DNA of 63,814 nucleotides from Lama guanicoe (Eukaryota). The stretch is taken from positions 4,243,753 through 4,307,566 of the forward strand of contig MU053629.1 of assembly GCA_013239625.1 (NCBI GenBank), read 5' to 3'. Shown here in pieces: positions 38,975 to 52,591 of this stretch. A model generated the notes under the pieces. It made no database searches and was not told the origin of the DNA. It saw only the letters and a program-made list of their open reading frames with translations. The translations under genes and the position numbers were made by a program. Every line of letters begins with the position of its first letter. Position 1 is the first letter of the stretch.

Positions 38975-41900
38975 CTGAAAAGAAAAAATACAATCACTGA
39001 AATTTTTTATTTACATTGTAAACTAACACAACTGTGATGAGGAAATAATGGCTACTTCCTCATTATAAAAGTCTTAGCCATAAAAAATAATTACTATCAA
39101 TCACCATACTCTCTAGATCCTGAATAATTTTTAAATCACAGAGCATTGGTCCAGGTCGAATACACGGCAGTTCCATTACAACACAAAAAAGGCCACTCAG
39201 TGGTTCTGTTTGCAAAGATGAACAGAACTGATGTTTTAGTAGTCACTATGAACTATGAGTCAGTATTTCAGTGTTTCAAACAATTAAAAAACATTAAAAA
39301 GAATCACTGCTAAGGCATTATTATCAGGTGAAAATGAACATTCACCTTTTTTTTTTTAAAAAAAAAAACGCTTTATATATGAATAGGCCACTGGCAGTTA
39401 AGGTTCCCAACACTTTTTATATTTGTATTTATAATACAAATCTAGAGCGAAACATCTAGAACGGATGACGGTGTAAGCAGCCAGCCCTGACCTGACAGCG
39501 TCCCCCAGAATCACCTAGACACTTACTAAAACTACCCCAGGAATCAAGAACTCTCCTTCAGACTGAGGCAAAACCTCTGGGACAGAGGCCAAGGAATCTG
39601 AATTGTAGCAAGTACTCCAGGAGAGTCCCTAGGATCAGGAAAGTTGGAAAAACAAACGAAGAAAGCACTGTCTTAGGGCAGAACGTGAAACCCCCAATTC
39701 AAGAGTCTAAAGTACAGAAATCAAAGAACTGCTCTCTCAAAAAGACACCTGAACCCGTTCGTATCTCTCTTGAAACAACCTGCAGATGTCCCACATCCTC
39801 TCCCCTGTGGGTGACACCCGATGTCAGCCAGCCCCCCGGAGAATCACAGAAAGAGAGCCACTTGTAGTCTCCTCAGCCTCCCTTTCTCTTGGAGAGATTC
39901 TCCTCCTGAACTGGGAGGAAGCCCCGACTGTGGCTTGCGGGGTCAAGGCCTGTGGCTTTTCCGGGCTCACCTCTCACCACATGGGCCGTCACCTTGCCTA
40001 CTGACCACACACGGCTCTCAGCCCAGGTCAGGACCCGGGCTTCAAGGATACCGAGCGCTGGGCAGTACTGAGAGCCTGCTGCCGCCCTGCTGCTCTTCCG
40101 GCCCCACAACCTCAGCGGTGGCAGCGGGGCCAAACGTGCACGTGGACTCCTGGAGCCCCCTTCGCCCCTCATCCAACTTGCGTACACTGGGAGGAACTCA
40201 CCAGGCCCCATGCCTGGGTGTGGCCCACCCAAGGACCAGGCACTAAGGTTTCATCAAGGTGGGCCGTGGAGGCAGAGAGAAGCAGATCCATGTGATGTTC
40301 CACACTGATGGATGGTTTCACAGAGCCTTGGGGTGTTTATTCAAACACCATCATAATTCTTTCTCTTTGGCCAGTGTGCTACAGACTTTAATGCAGAGCA
40401 GTTATGCCATACTCGGGGATTTTACGAGAGCTTTTACAAAATACTTTAGGCTCTTTGTACAAAAGGCATTGTCTGAGTAAGAGTACTGATCCAAGAGAGC
40501 CCTCACTTCTATTACTGGAAATAAGTTGGAGTTTGGGGAATTTTCAGATCAATTCACGAATCTCTCCGTATTCTAATTCCATGGCTTGTGTTTTTGCTTT
40601 GTTGGGCACGACCTCAGCCTGGCAGGCCAAACCACAATCCCTGAAGAGTGAAACAATACCATGTCGGTTTAGGCACGTTATTAGACCCAAATGGCCTATT
40701 CACAATGTCTCCTTCTTTATAGCGGCTGCCTCCAAGGACAGGATCCGGGATGACAGGAGGGAGAGGGTGCCGGGCTCGTCACTGTATGCTGGAAAGCTCT
40801 GTGTGCCTTTTGACTTTTGTTCCACGTTCATGAGTTTGCCTACTTAAAGAGACTTCTAAACATTTAATGATTAAATGCTATGTGTATTTTACCACAATTT
40901 AAAAAACGGAATGCCCCAATTCTAATAATGAATAAAATGACAGAAAAGTCTGAATAAAGGGAGGAGAACTGATCTAGTGGTCAGAAAGCCTGGATTCCAT
41001 TCCTGGTTCTGCCTCCCCATGTGATCTTGAACAAGTCAATGTGCCTCTGTTTTCTGATCTGTTTAAAAAACAAAAAAAGAGGGATGCTAATCATGGTTGT
41101 TAAAGTCTTTCCTGCTCTAGATGTTGGTGATTTTATGAAGGGAAGTGGCATTCTTTAGCCTCTCTTGACAGTTAACTCTGAATTAGCTGGGCTTGGGTAT
41201 TTTTAAAAATTATTTAATAGGAGAGCAACCAAGGATGCTTGTAGCTCACCCTCTCCCACAAATACACCGAGACATCCATGGACCTACGCATCGACTCAGA
41301 ACACCTCCTGAACTTTGACAGAACATTGCCTTCCTCAAAAGACAGAATTCCTCACAAATTCTGGTAAAAGAAATTTAAAAAGAGGAAAAAGAAAATTAGT
41401 GTGTGATCTGTCCCACAGGGAGGAATGGCCAAGGAGGAATAGCGCTCTGACGCTGGGACGCCCCCTCTCCAATGGCGGGGTCAGCGGTGGTGGGGGGAAC
41501 CTCTGATGGGGAGGAATGCGCAGCAGCCTCTTGGCCGACAGAACTGAGAGAAACCGGCACAGAGGGTCCCTGGGATCCCCAGCCCTAGACGCAGGCCGGC
41601 AGGGGTGGCCCGGGACTGGCTGCCTGAGCCGGGGGGAGGGCTGGGGCCAACTGCGCAGAGGCAGCCTCAAGGGGCTGGAGTGTGCTGTGGGCCATGGCTG
41701 GGAGTGTATACAGAATAGAATGGCCTGGGTCCCCCATTAAAATAAAAAACCATCACTGCTGGTGTGCGCTGTGGGGAGGGACACAATGCGGCTGCGCTGT
41801 AGCCACTGTCTCCGCAGGCCCGCATTACCATCGCGGGAGAGAGGCAGGGCTCGTCCACAGCCACCAGATTCGCTGGTGCACAGCTTCCAGGTGGAGGTGG

Positions 41901-42776
41901 GGTTGAAGCCTGAATCCGAACCCAGGGGCTTGGCAACTTCATAGGTGGGACTGAGATTTGTTTACAGACCCAGCCCCAGGCAGAGGGGACCGATTTGCTC
42001 CAAGGGTGCCTTTGTGGACCCAGGCGTCTAAGACTATAGAGCAAGGGGAGGAGTCCTGGCACAGAGCTGGGGGGAGGGCTGGTGCAGCATCTTCAGCAGG
42101 CCTGCCTAGCCTACGCGGACGTGGCGCTGGGGACGGTACTGACAGCCGCTACAGGTCTGGGGGGAGGGGTCTGCGAGTCCAGGCCTCTAAGACAAATGAC
42201 AGGAGCTGGCATAGTGGTGTTGAGTGCAGGAACAGCGTTTGGCACCAGGGGTGGCCCTGACCCGATAGCTTGCCACGATTCAGGTGTGTGGCCCAGAAGT
42301 CCAGGGACCTGCACTGGTAGCTCTGAGGGCAGAGAGGCTGGGGGACACCGGAGTAGGAGTACTGATATTCCAACAGCTAAAGCGGGGACAAGGGCGTCAA
42401 CAGAGTAGGTGAAGCACTCCAACCTCACCTGCCACACACCGCAGCTCAGAAACAAGCCTGGAAGCCTCCATTCCAACAAAAGGGGGACAGACCCAGCCCC
42501 TGCCAGGGTTGTGACAACCCGTTCAACAACCAGGGCAGGCTCTGACTGCATCACCAGCCACGACCCCAAGCAAAGGGATAACAGCCAACACACATGGAAG
42601 AAAGATGTGGCAACCATCCATACTAAAAACAGACCTCGTGACAAAATTATTAGAGGCACACAGTCTACACAGGAATGCACCCTCTTTAAAAAGAAAAACA
42701 AAACAAAACAGCCCTTCAAGACTACAGCAGGTAACTGATACTCCATAATCTATAGTGCCAGAGATATATAAGTAAA

Positions 42777-43700
42777 ATGAAGAAACAGAGGAACTTCTCC
42801 CAATTAAAAGAACAAGAGAAGTCCCCTGAAAGAATGATCAATGAAATAGACCTTGACAGTCTACTAGATCATGACATCAAAAAGGCGATGATAAAAGCAC
42901 TGAAGGAAAAAAAGACTATAAATAAACATGCAGAATACTATGAAAAGGAAATAGAAACTATAAAGAGTAGCCAATTAAAAACAGAAAACTCAACAGCTGA
43001 GATAAGAGCCACGCTAAAGGCAGTCAAAAGCAGACTAGATAATGCAGAGGGACGAATAAGTGACTTAGAAGACAGGATAACAGGAATCACCCAGTAAGAA
43101 CAACAGACAGAAAAGCAAGTGAAAACTAATGAAAGCAAGATAAGGGACCTATGGGGTAATACAAAGCGTCCCAAGCGACACATAATAGGGGTCCCAGAAG
43201 GAGAAGAAAGAGAAAAGGGGATTGAAAAGGTATTTGAAGAAATCATGATTGAAAACTTCCCAAACCTAAAGAAGGAATCAGACATCCCAAGTACAGGAAG
43301 CACAGAGGATCCCCAACAAGGAAAACCCAAAGAGACCTGGACCAACACAGATTATAACTGAGATGGCCAAGGTTAAAGTTTAATGATTCTAAAGGCAGCA
43401 AGAGTAAAACAAAGAGTTAGTTACAAGGGAACCCCCATAAGGCTTCAGTTGATTTCTCAACACAAACACTGCAGGCCAGAAGGAAGTGCCAAGATATATT
43501 CAAAGTCCTGAATGAGAAAAAGCTTCAACCTAGGATACTCTATCCAGCAAGGCCATCCTTTAGAATAGAAGGAGAGATAAAGAATTTCATAGACAAGCAA
43601 AAACTGAAAGAATCAGCAATACTAAACCCATGCTAAAAGAAGTCCTGAAAGGTCTACTCTAAACAGAAAAGAAGCAGGACACTAGAGAAGGGAGAAAATC
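42777..43700 (+). pseudogene. L1 ORF1 remnant (RNA-binding protein), disrupted
   Basis: MKKQRNFSQLKEQEKSPE...SRLDNAEGRISDLEDR, then a premature TAA at 43095-43097, then IRDLWGNTKRPKRHIIGVPEGEEREKGIEKVFEEIMIENFPNL and further frameshifts. End approximate. Confidence 0.9.
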
Positions 43701-44053
43701 ATAACTGAAGTGCGATAACTACAATGAGCTGCAACAGAATAAACGTGAAGATGTAAAAGAAGACATCGAAATCATTCAAGGCGGGAGAGGGGAGCAAGAA
43801 AATACAGATTTTTTTTCTTTTTTTGTTCTTTTTAGGTGGTGTTTGAGCCTATATAATTATCAGTTTAAAGCAATCAGATATAGTAATAGGTTAATATACT
43901 TGAAAAACAGGGCAACCACAAGTCAAAAGCATATAATAGGGTCACAAAATCTGAAAAGAAACCAAGATAATACAAAAGAAAATTATCAAACCACAAAAAG
44001 AAACAGAAAGGAGCAAAGAGGAAATACAAATCAATTGGAAAACTAAGTTCAAA

Positions 44054-47000
44054 ATGGCAATAAACATACATCTATAAATATTTACTACAAATATCAAAGG
44101 ACTAAATGCTCCAATCAAAAGACACAGAGTGGCAGGTTAGATAATAAAACAAGAAACTACAATATGCTGCATACAAGAGACCCACTTTAGCATGAAGGAC
44201 ACACACAGACTGAAAGTGAGAGGATGGAAAAAAATTTCATGTAAATGGAAATGACAAGAAATCAGGAGTAGCAATACTGATTTCAGACAAAACAGACTTT
44301 AAAACAAAGGTCATAAAGAAAGATAAAGGACACTATATAATGATTAAAGGAACAATATAAGATAAGGATGTTACAATCATTAACATATATGCACCCAATA
44401 CAGGAGCACCTAAATACATAATGAAAATACTATCAGACATAAAAGAAGAAATTGATGGGAACACAATCATAGTAGGAGACTTTAACACCCCATTAACATC
44501 ATCGGAGAGATCTTCCAGACAGAAAATCAATAAGGCAACGGAGAAACCAAACAACACAACAGAACATCTTGACTTGGTTTATATTTTTAGGACATTACAC
44601 CCCTCAAAAACAAAATATACATTCTTTTCAAGTGCACATGGAACATTCTCTAGGACAGATCATGAACTTAGGCACAAAAGAAGCCTCAACAAATTTAAGA
44701 GGATAGAAATTATTTCAAGCATCTTTTCTGACCACAATGCCATGAAACCAGAAATCAACCACAGAAAAACAATGGAGAAAAAAAAATCACAGTATGGAGA
44801 TTAAACAACATACTTAAAAAAAAAAAAAGGTCAACGATGAAATCAAAGAAGAAATTAAAAAATACTTTGAGACAAATGACAATGAAAACACCACCACACA
44901 AAATTTATGGGATGCAGCAAAAGCAGTCCTAAGAGGGAGGTTCATAGCGATACAGGCTTTCCTCAAAAAGCAAGAACAAACTCAAGTAAACCACCTAACC
45001 TATCACCTAAAAGAATTAGAAAAAGAGCAAACCAAACCTAAAGTCAGCAGAAGGAAGGAAATAATAAAGATCAGGGAGGAAATAAATTAGATAGAGATTA
45101 AAAAACAATAGAAAAATCAATCAAATCAACAGCTTGTTTTTTGAAAGAGTAAACAAAGTTGACAAATCTCTGGCCAGGCTCACCAAGAAGAAAAAAGAGA
45201 GAACACAAACAAAATAAGAAGGGAAAATGGAGAAATTACAATCAATATCACAGAAATATAAAAAAACCATGACAGTACTATGAACAACTATATGGAAACA
45301 AATGACAACCTAGAGGAAATGGACAAGCTTCTGGAAACAAATAGTCCACCAAGGCTGAATCAAGAAAAAATAGACCACTTGAACAGACAGATCACTAGAA
45401 ATGAAAGAGAATCAGCAATTTAAAAAAACCTCCTGGCAAACAAAGATCCAGGACCAGATGGCTTCACTGGGGAATTCTACCAAACATACAAAGAATTCAT
45501 ATCGATCCTTCTCAACTCTTCCAAAAGACTGAAAAGGAAGGAGTACTCCTAAACTCATTCTATGAAGCCACCATCACCCTGATACCAAAACCAGAAAAAG
45601 ACACTGCCAAACAAGAAAATCACAGGCCAGTATCACTGATGAATATGGAAGCATAAATCCTCAACAAAATATTAGCAAACAGAATCCAAAAGCATATAAA
45701 AAAGATCATACACCATGATCAAGTAGCATTCATCCCAGGGACACAAGGATGGTTCAACATATGCAAATCAATCAATGTGACACACCACATCAACAAAAGA
45801 AGGGACAAAAATCACATGATCATCATCCCAATAGATGCAGAAAAAGCATTTGATAAAATTCAACATCCATTTATGATAAAAACTCTTACCAAATTAGGTA
45901 TAGAGGGAACATATCTCAACATCATAAAAGCTACTGATGACAAACCCATAGCTAGTGTAATACTCAATGGTGAAAAACTCAAAGCCTTCTCACTAAAATC
46001 TGGAACAAGACAAGGATGACCACTCTCACCATTTTTATTCAACATAGTCTTGGAAGTCCTAGCCACAGCAATCAGGCAAGAAAAAGAAATAAAAGGGATT
46101 CAAATTGGAAGAGAAGAGGTAAAATTGTCACTATATGCAGATGATATGATACTATATATAGAGAACCCTAAAAGCTCCATACTAGAGCTGATAAAAGAAT
46201 TCAGCAAAGTAGCAGAATACAAGATTAACATAGAGAAATCAGGCATTTCTTTACACTAAAAATGAAATAGCAGGAAAAGGAAGTAAATTAACAATTCCTT
46301 TTAAAATCTCATTCAAAACAATAAAATATTTAGGAATAAATCTGACCAAGGAGGTGAAGGACTTATACAAGGAGAACTATAAAACATTCACTAAGGAAAT
46401 TAAAGATGACTTAAAGAAATGGAAAGATATCCCATGTTCCTGGATGGGAAGAATTAATATTGTTAAAATGGTCATACTGCCTGAGGAAATCTACAGATTT
46501 AATGCGATTCCTGTTAAATTACTCAAGACATTTTTCACAGAACTAGAACAAATAATCCTGAAAGTTAAATAGAATCACAAAAGACCCAGAATTGCCAAAG
46601 CATTACTGAAGAAAAAGAACGAAGCTGGAGGAATAACCATCCCAGACATCAGACAATATGACAGGGCTACAGTAATGAAAACAGCGTAGCATTGGCATAA
46701 AAACAGACATATGGATAAATGGAACAGAATAGAGAGCCCAGAAATAAACCCACACCCCTATGGTCAATTAATCTTTGACAAAGGAGGCAAGAATATACAA
46801 TGGAGAAAAGACAGTCTCTTCAGCAAGTGGTGTTGGGAAAACTGGACAGCTGCCATGTAAATCAATGCAGTTAGAACAGTCCCTCATCCCATACACAAAA
46901 ATAAACTCAAAATGGCTTAAAGACTTAAATATAAGACAAAACACAATGAATCTCCTAGAAGAAAACATAGGCAAGATTCTCTGACATAAATCTTAGCAAT

Positions 47001-47835
47001 GTTCTCCTAGGAAAGTCTACCCAGGCAATGGAAATAAGAGCAAAAATTAACAAATGGGATCTAATTAAACTTATACACTTTTGTACAGCAAAGGAAACCT
47101 AAAGCAAAACAAAACAACAACCTACAGAATGGGAGAAAATACTTGCAAATGATGTGACTGACAAAGGTTTAATTTTCAGAATGTATAAACAGCTCATGCA
47201 ACTTAACAAAGAAACAAACAACCCAGTCCAAAAATAGGCAGAAGATCTAAACAAGCAATTGTCCAATGAAGACATACAAATGGCCAATAGGCACATGAAA
47301 AGATGCTCAATATTGCTAATTATCAGAGAAATGCAAATCAAAACTACAATGAGGTATCACCTCACACCAGTCAGAAGGCCATCATTCAAAAGTCCACAAA
47401 CGATAGATGCTGGATAAAGTGTGGGGAGAAGGGAACTCTCCTACACTGTTGGTGGGAATGTAGTTTAGTGCAGCCATTATGGAAAACAGTATGGCGATAC
47501 CTCAAAAAACTAAAAACACTTACCATATGATCCAGCAATCCCATTCCTGGGCATATATCTGGAGGGAACTAATTCAAAAAGATGTATGCACCCCAATGTT
47601 CACAGCAGCACTACATACAATAGCCAAGACATGGAAGCAACCTAAATGTCCATCAACAGATGACTGGATAAAGAAGTTGTGGTATATTTATACAATGGAA
47701 TACTACTCAGCCGTAAAAAAGAACAGAATAATGCCATTTGCAGCAATGTGGATGGACCTAGAGATCATCATTCTAAGTGAAGTAAGCCAGAAAGAGAAAG
47801 AAAAATACTATATTTCATTCATATGTGGAATCTAA
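44054..47835 (+). pseudogene. L1 ORF2 remnant (endonuclease/reverse transcriptase), disrupted
   Basis: Fragments IIVGDFNTPL...FSDHNAM (endonuclease), [21 protein letters not shown] and [11 protein letters not shown] (RT) and C-terminal MFTAAL...WYIYTMEYYSA...ICGI*. Many stops and frameshifts. Confidence 0.93.
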
Positions 47836-48159
47836 AAAAAAATTAAAACAGAGGACACTAATGAACTCATCTACAAAACAGAAACAGACTTACACAGTAA
47901 AAACAATCAAATGGTTTCGGGGGAAAAGGGGTGGGAAGGGATAAATTTGGGAGTTTGAGATTTGAAAATGTTAGTCACTATATATAAAAATAGATTTTCA
48001 AAAAGTTTCTTCTGTATAGCACAGGGAACTATATTCAATATCTTGTAATAACCTTTAATGAAAAAGAATATGAAATATGTGTATGTATATGTATGACTGG
48101 GACATTGTGCTGTACACCAGAAACTGACATATAGTAACTGACTGTACTTCAATAAAATC

Positions 48160-48308
48160 TTTAAAAATTTATTTATTTTTATTTATTTTTAGGGGGGAGG
48201 TAATTTGGTCTGCTTATTTTATTTATTTTTGAAGGAGGTATTGGGGTTTGAACCCAGGACCTTGTGTATGCTAAGCATGCATTCTACCACTTGAGCTATA
48301 CTCTCCCC
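48160..48308 (-). mobile_element. tRNA-derived SINE (Vic-1-like) inserted into the L1 poly(A) tail
   Basis: Reverse complement GGGGAGAGTATAGCTCAAGTGGTAGAATGCATGCTTAGCATAC...GGGTTCAAACCCC; flanked by caataaaa on both sides. Confidence 0.88.
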
Positions 48309-49489
48309 ACAATAAAAAAATTTTTTTTAAATTTTTTACTTACTTAATAAAGAGAAAAATAATAACCTTAAATTCCAGAATCCTTTTAAGGCTCACAAAT
48401 GACTATGAGTCTATAATTAAGTGTCAGGCGAATCATAATGAGGTGGAAGAACTCTTGCTCGGTATTTTTCTTATAAACTCAACTAACTTGAGTTCACTAT
48501 GTTCCACAGCTTATAGCTTAAAGAGGTTAGAGACATACAAATTTTCACAATTAGAAAAGCAATCCATTTTTGTTTATCCAAAGCAGACTGCTTGCACATT
48601 AATGTTGCTCTAAAAACCTGGATATTTTATACACCTATGGTTTCAAAGAAACTATCCACTTTCCCCAGTTCAATGTTTAGCAAAATTCTGCCCATGTGTA
48701 CCCACTGTAAAACTATTCTTCTCATAGAAGAGAATTACATAAATCTTTTCTTCTTTGCCAGATTTTTCTCCCCAGGATTCAGGGCATGGAAATGTCATCT
48801 CTATTAGCAGACAGTTGTTGAAATTGGCTTTAGCATCTCTGGTTTTATTGATGCCACAAAATAGGAGACTAGGAAGGAGTAGGAAGGAATAAAGTAATCT
48901 ACCTCCTCAACTGATTCTTCCAGAACTTCAGAGCTGCAGAAAGGGGAGGCTGTTAAGTGACATAAAATAAATTATTCTAGAAGGAGTAGTAGGGATACTA
49001 AACCCTGGTTCTAAAAACACCAATTCATTTTCAGCAGACCAGTAAGTTTGCAGCAGCAGAATAATAGATGAAAAAGACGGTAGTATGAAAAAATCTAGTG
49101 GTGCTGGTCATTTGCATAGAATTCTTCCAGGAAGTGTCAGAAACAAAACTATAGCCTCCAGAATAAAGATCAGAGGTGGGAAATTCTCAAGCCTTGCAGA
49201 GGAGCTTTTATTTAATTTTTTAATAAGAAGCTCCAAGAACACTTGAAAATATGAAATTATTTGGATATCTCTTTACAGATAAAAAGGCACGCTGTAATCA
49301 GAAACATAAAATGTATTTCACGTAGCAATTTTGATGTATATTCCGTGAGACATTAAGAGAATGAAAAACTTAGGCAAAAAGGGAAACTTTAGGATGGGGA
49401 AAGGTGAAAAGTGGTTCTAAAGAAAGTCTTCTTCTCCTTCTAATTTTCCTGCTTTTCTCCACTATTTTATTTAGGCAACATAAGAAGCA

Positions 49490-49900
49490 TATGAACTTGG
49501 AGACAAATAAAGGCATGGATATGAATCCCAGGTCTACTGTTTACTGTGTGGTCTTATACAAGTTAACCCTCTCTGTACCTCAGTTTCTACATTTATGCAG
49601 AGGGTATAATAAGACTTACTTTTCAGAACTACTGTTAAGTGCTAATAAAAATAATGGCCAACATTTAAAGAGGGCTAAATATGTGCAAAGTAAACATTCT
49701 AAGTACTGAACATACATTGCTTCTTTAATCCTCAAAACAACCAAAATGTGCCTTCTATACACAAATACACACAAACAGAAAGCAACATTTATCTTCTTTA
49801 TTTTATCTTCTTTTACAGAGTAAATAACTTAAGAGAGATTACCTAACTTGTCCAAAGTCATATAGCTAGAACCTGAATCTGAAATCCACAACTCTCTGAT
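49490..49900. mobile_element. Two adjacent, oppositely oriented MIR fragments
   Basis: caagttaaccctctctgtacctcagtttctacattt followed by tttaatcctcaaaacaacc...taacttgtccaaagtcatatagcta. Confidence 0.6.
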
Positions 49901-52567
49901 TTTAATTAATTTCCATTCAGCCTGAGGTACCATGTAGAGTAAACAGACATTCAATGCTTAATGTACAAATACTGAACATGACATAAACTTGGGTCAAATG
50001 CAAAAAGATGTCTTTTTATTCACATATAGTTCTTATTTGTCAGTAATCCTTCATGATGTCCCTGGTTTAGACTGATTTCAACTGAACTAAGCTGAACAGC
50101 ACAGGGCTGAATCATATGCCACTTCATTATCTCTAATTTACTTACCCCAGCCCAGTCCCCATGACTCCTGGAGGCATTCGTCATATAAAACTAGTGGCAG
50201 ACACAGGTGGTTATTTGTGTCCCATCACTGTCCCTCAAGTACACGTGGACAAGGGTTTCTCAAATTCAGCACTATTAACATGTGAGGCTTTTTGTGCGTA
50301 TGTGGACCAGGGGCAAGGCAGGGAAGGGTTCTGTGCATCCCTGCCTGTACCACCAAATGCCTACATAGCACTGCCCAATGTCCCCTCCAAGGGCAAAGTT
50401 GCCTCCAACTAAGAACCGCTGAGATAGATCTAATTAGGACAGGAAATTTGGGGCTAAAATGCTCAGGTTTTAAATCATGTCTTGAAAGGGTTTTCAATGG
50501 AAAAATAATAAAAAAAACATTTCAAGATTCAATCTTTACCTCCTGTCAGCATTACAAACATCGTCCCCCTCCTCTGGGAAACTTCTCCAGCTGACTACAG
50601 CTCCCTCAGTGCCGTCTGCCTTGTGGTCCTTACTGTGCTAGAGTAAACACCTGTCTGGAGTCCATCTGCCATCCTACACTGCATTATCAACTCCTTGCAG
50701 ACAGAGGCAGTGGCGAAGGGCTCTTCGTCCTTCCACAGCTCTCGGTACAGCACAGAGGGGAGGCTGAGACACCCGCTGACAGCCTGATCTGACTGTCAGA
50801 CACGGGCTGTGAGCATTAGCTAAACAGAAGGTTTTACTTCAAACTGATACACATTGCACACAATATTAAGAGTTTCCATGACCACACCCCCAAAATGCCT
50901 TAGACAACCTGCTATATACGTTTTGTGTTCCTATTTTAGCTTTTATTTCTTTAAAGTAGCAATTATTTGCTTTCATCTCAAGAAGTTCAAGTTTTCCCCA
51001 GATTTTAAGTTTTCTTTACCTCCTCTTCCTCTCCCCACAAAATACTTTCTTTTCCACCCATGTGATAAGATGACCAAACTTACCATAACCACGACTAAGG
51101 TATCTCAAGTTATACAGAGTTGTTGTTCCCATTTTTGACTGATATTTTTAAATCATGCCATACTATTTGCATTTTAGAAACTGTTATTTGAGGCAGTACC
51201 CCATGAGAAATATTAGGAAAAGAAGCGTACACTTTCACATCGCATTCCACTTCTGTTTGACAAGTGGAAATAAAATGTTTTTAAAATCACAAAAGAATTA
51301 AAACCGATTTATTCTCTTTTACTAAACTACTGCTTGAAAGGGATAAACCTCTGAAGCACATTATTAAAAACAGCTTAAGCCTAGTTAGAGAAATAGGCTC
51401 CATCAGCGGCTTTGGATTCAGGAAAGTGACCCTCTGCTCTCCCCGTGACACCTGCTCACAAGCCAGGAACCGCCTCTGCCGACACTTGAACATGTAACAA
51501 ACATGATCAGAAAGTAACGAGACTGTGTCTTCCCTTTTTCCTGATTTTAAATGATATGTTCACTGCAGAAAATTAGGAAAATGGAGAAAATTACAAAGAA
51601 AACTAAATCACCAAAGATGCCAATTAATACTTCAGTTTATGTCCTTCTATTCTTGTTTTCTGTGCACACAAATTCTTAAGAAACTGAATTAAGCATCAGA
51701 ATGAGTACTGTTTTTCCCCAAGAAAGCTCTGTGCTAATTTCAATAATGGTTCCATTTTAAGTCCTATCTCCAGAGCCTGGAGCACGCTCTTGAAAATCCT
51801 CAAAGGAATGTTTAGGATCAAGTGAAAAACTGTTCAGAACCAAGTGTAGGGAATAATGAGAGTAAATGAGACAAAACTTTACCATGAAGAAAGAGACTTT
51901 TCTTAGGTGGTTCATAACCAGCTCAAACTAATTCCAAAGGACAACTACCAAAAATGTTTTGCAAGGTGGCCACAGAGGAGGTCTGCCTCTATAGTGCCTC
52001 TACAGTGACTAATCTGAAGAGATTTCCCACCATTTATTTGCCCATGGACAATTTTGGGGGGTGATAATTTTTTAAAAATCATACATTTATTCCCTTCTAT
52101 CTTCTCTAATTTTTCACAATACCCTCTTCCCCCTTTTTCTCTTATAACACTGTCTCCTCCACCAAGTTATGCCTTCTACACACACACACACAAATCAATA
52201 TATATCTTATTTATTTTTGACCACAACATTCACAGTTAGACAACTGTCAGAGATTATTCAAATCACTTTTTCAGTTCCACAATATTAGGCGCTGGGATTA
52301 AAAAAAAAAGAGGAACGACTCACTCTGTACCAAGAACTCTGTTCCATAGAACGTAACGCTGATACAGTTCTGCCCTCTCCTACAGATTAGGAAAGTGGGT
52401 TCCAGGCCCACAATGCCATCTTCCCAAAATCACCTAGGCAGGGACAGATCCCACCAGAACCCTCTTCATGAACCATTCTTCCTTTCACTAATTTGATGTT
52501 GTTTTATTTTCTGTGACATTAAATTCAAAATCGTCTTTAACCATCTTTTCACTCTCTTTAAACACAA

Positions 52568-52591
52568 CACACACACACACACACACACACA
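52568..52591. repeat. (CA)n microsatellite, ~12 units
   Basis: Directly visible. Confidence 0.95.

Larger units (their letters stand above)
41225..48157 (+). mobile_element. Near-full-length LINE-1 (~6.9 kb), decayed, antisense to AAGAB
   Basis: GC-rich ~1.55 kb 5'UTR, then ORF1 and ORF2 fragments, then a typical 3'UTR ending actgtacttcAATAAAA. Degenerate TSD candidate: ttatttaataggaga (41210-41224) / ttacttaataaagaga (48340-48355). Confidence 0.95.

Noticed and set aside
42777..47835. Active, retrotransposition-competent L1
   Set aside because: Both ORFs contain multiple premature stops and frameshifts.
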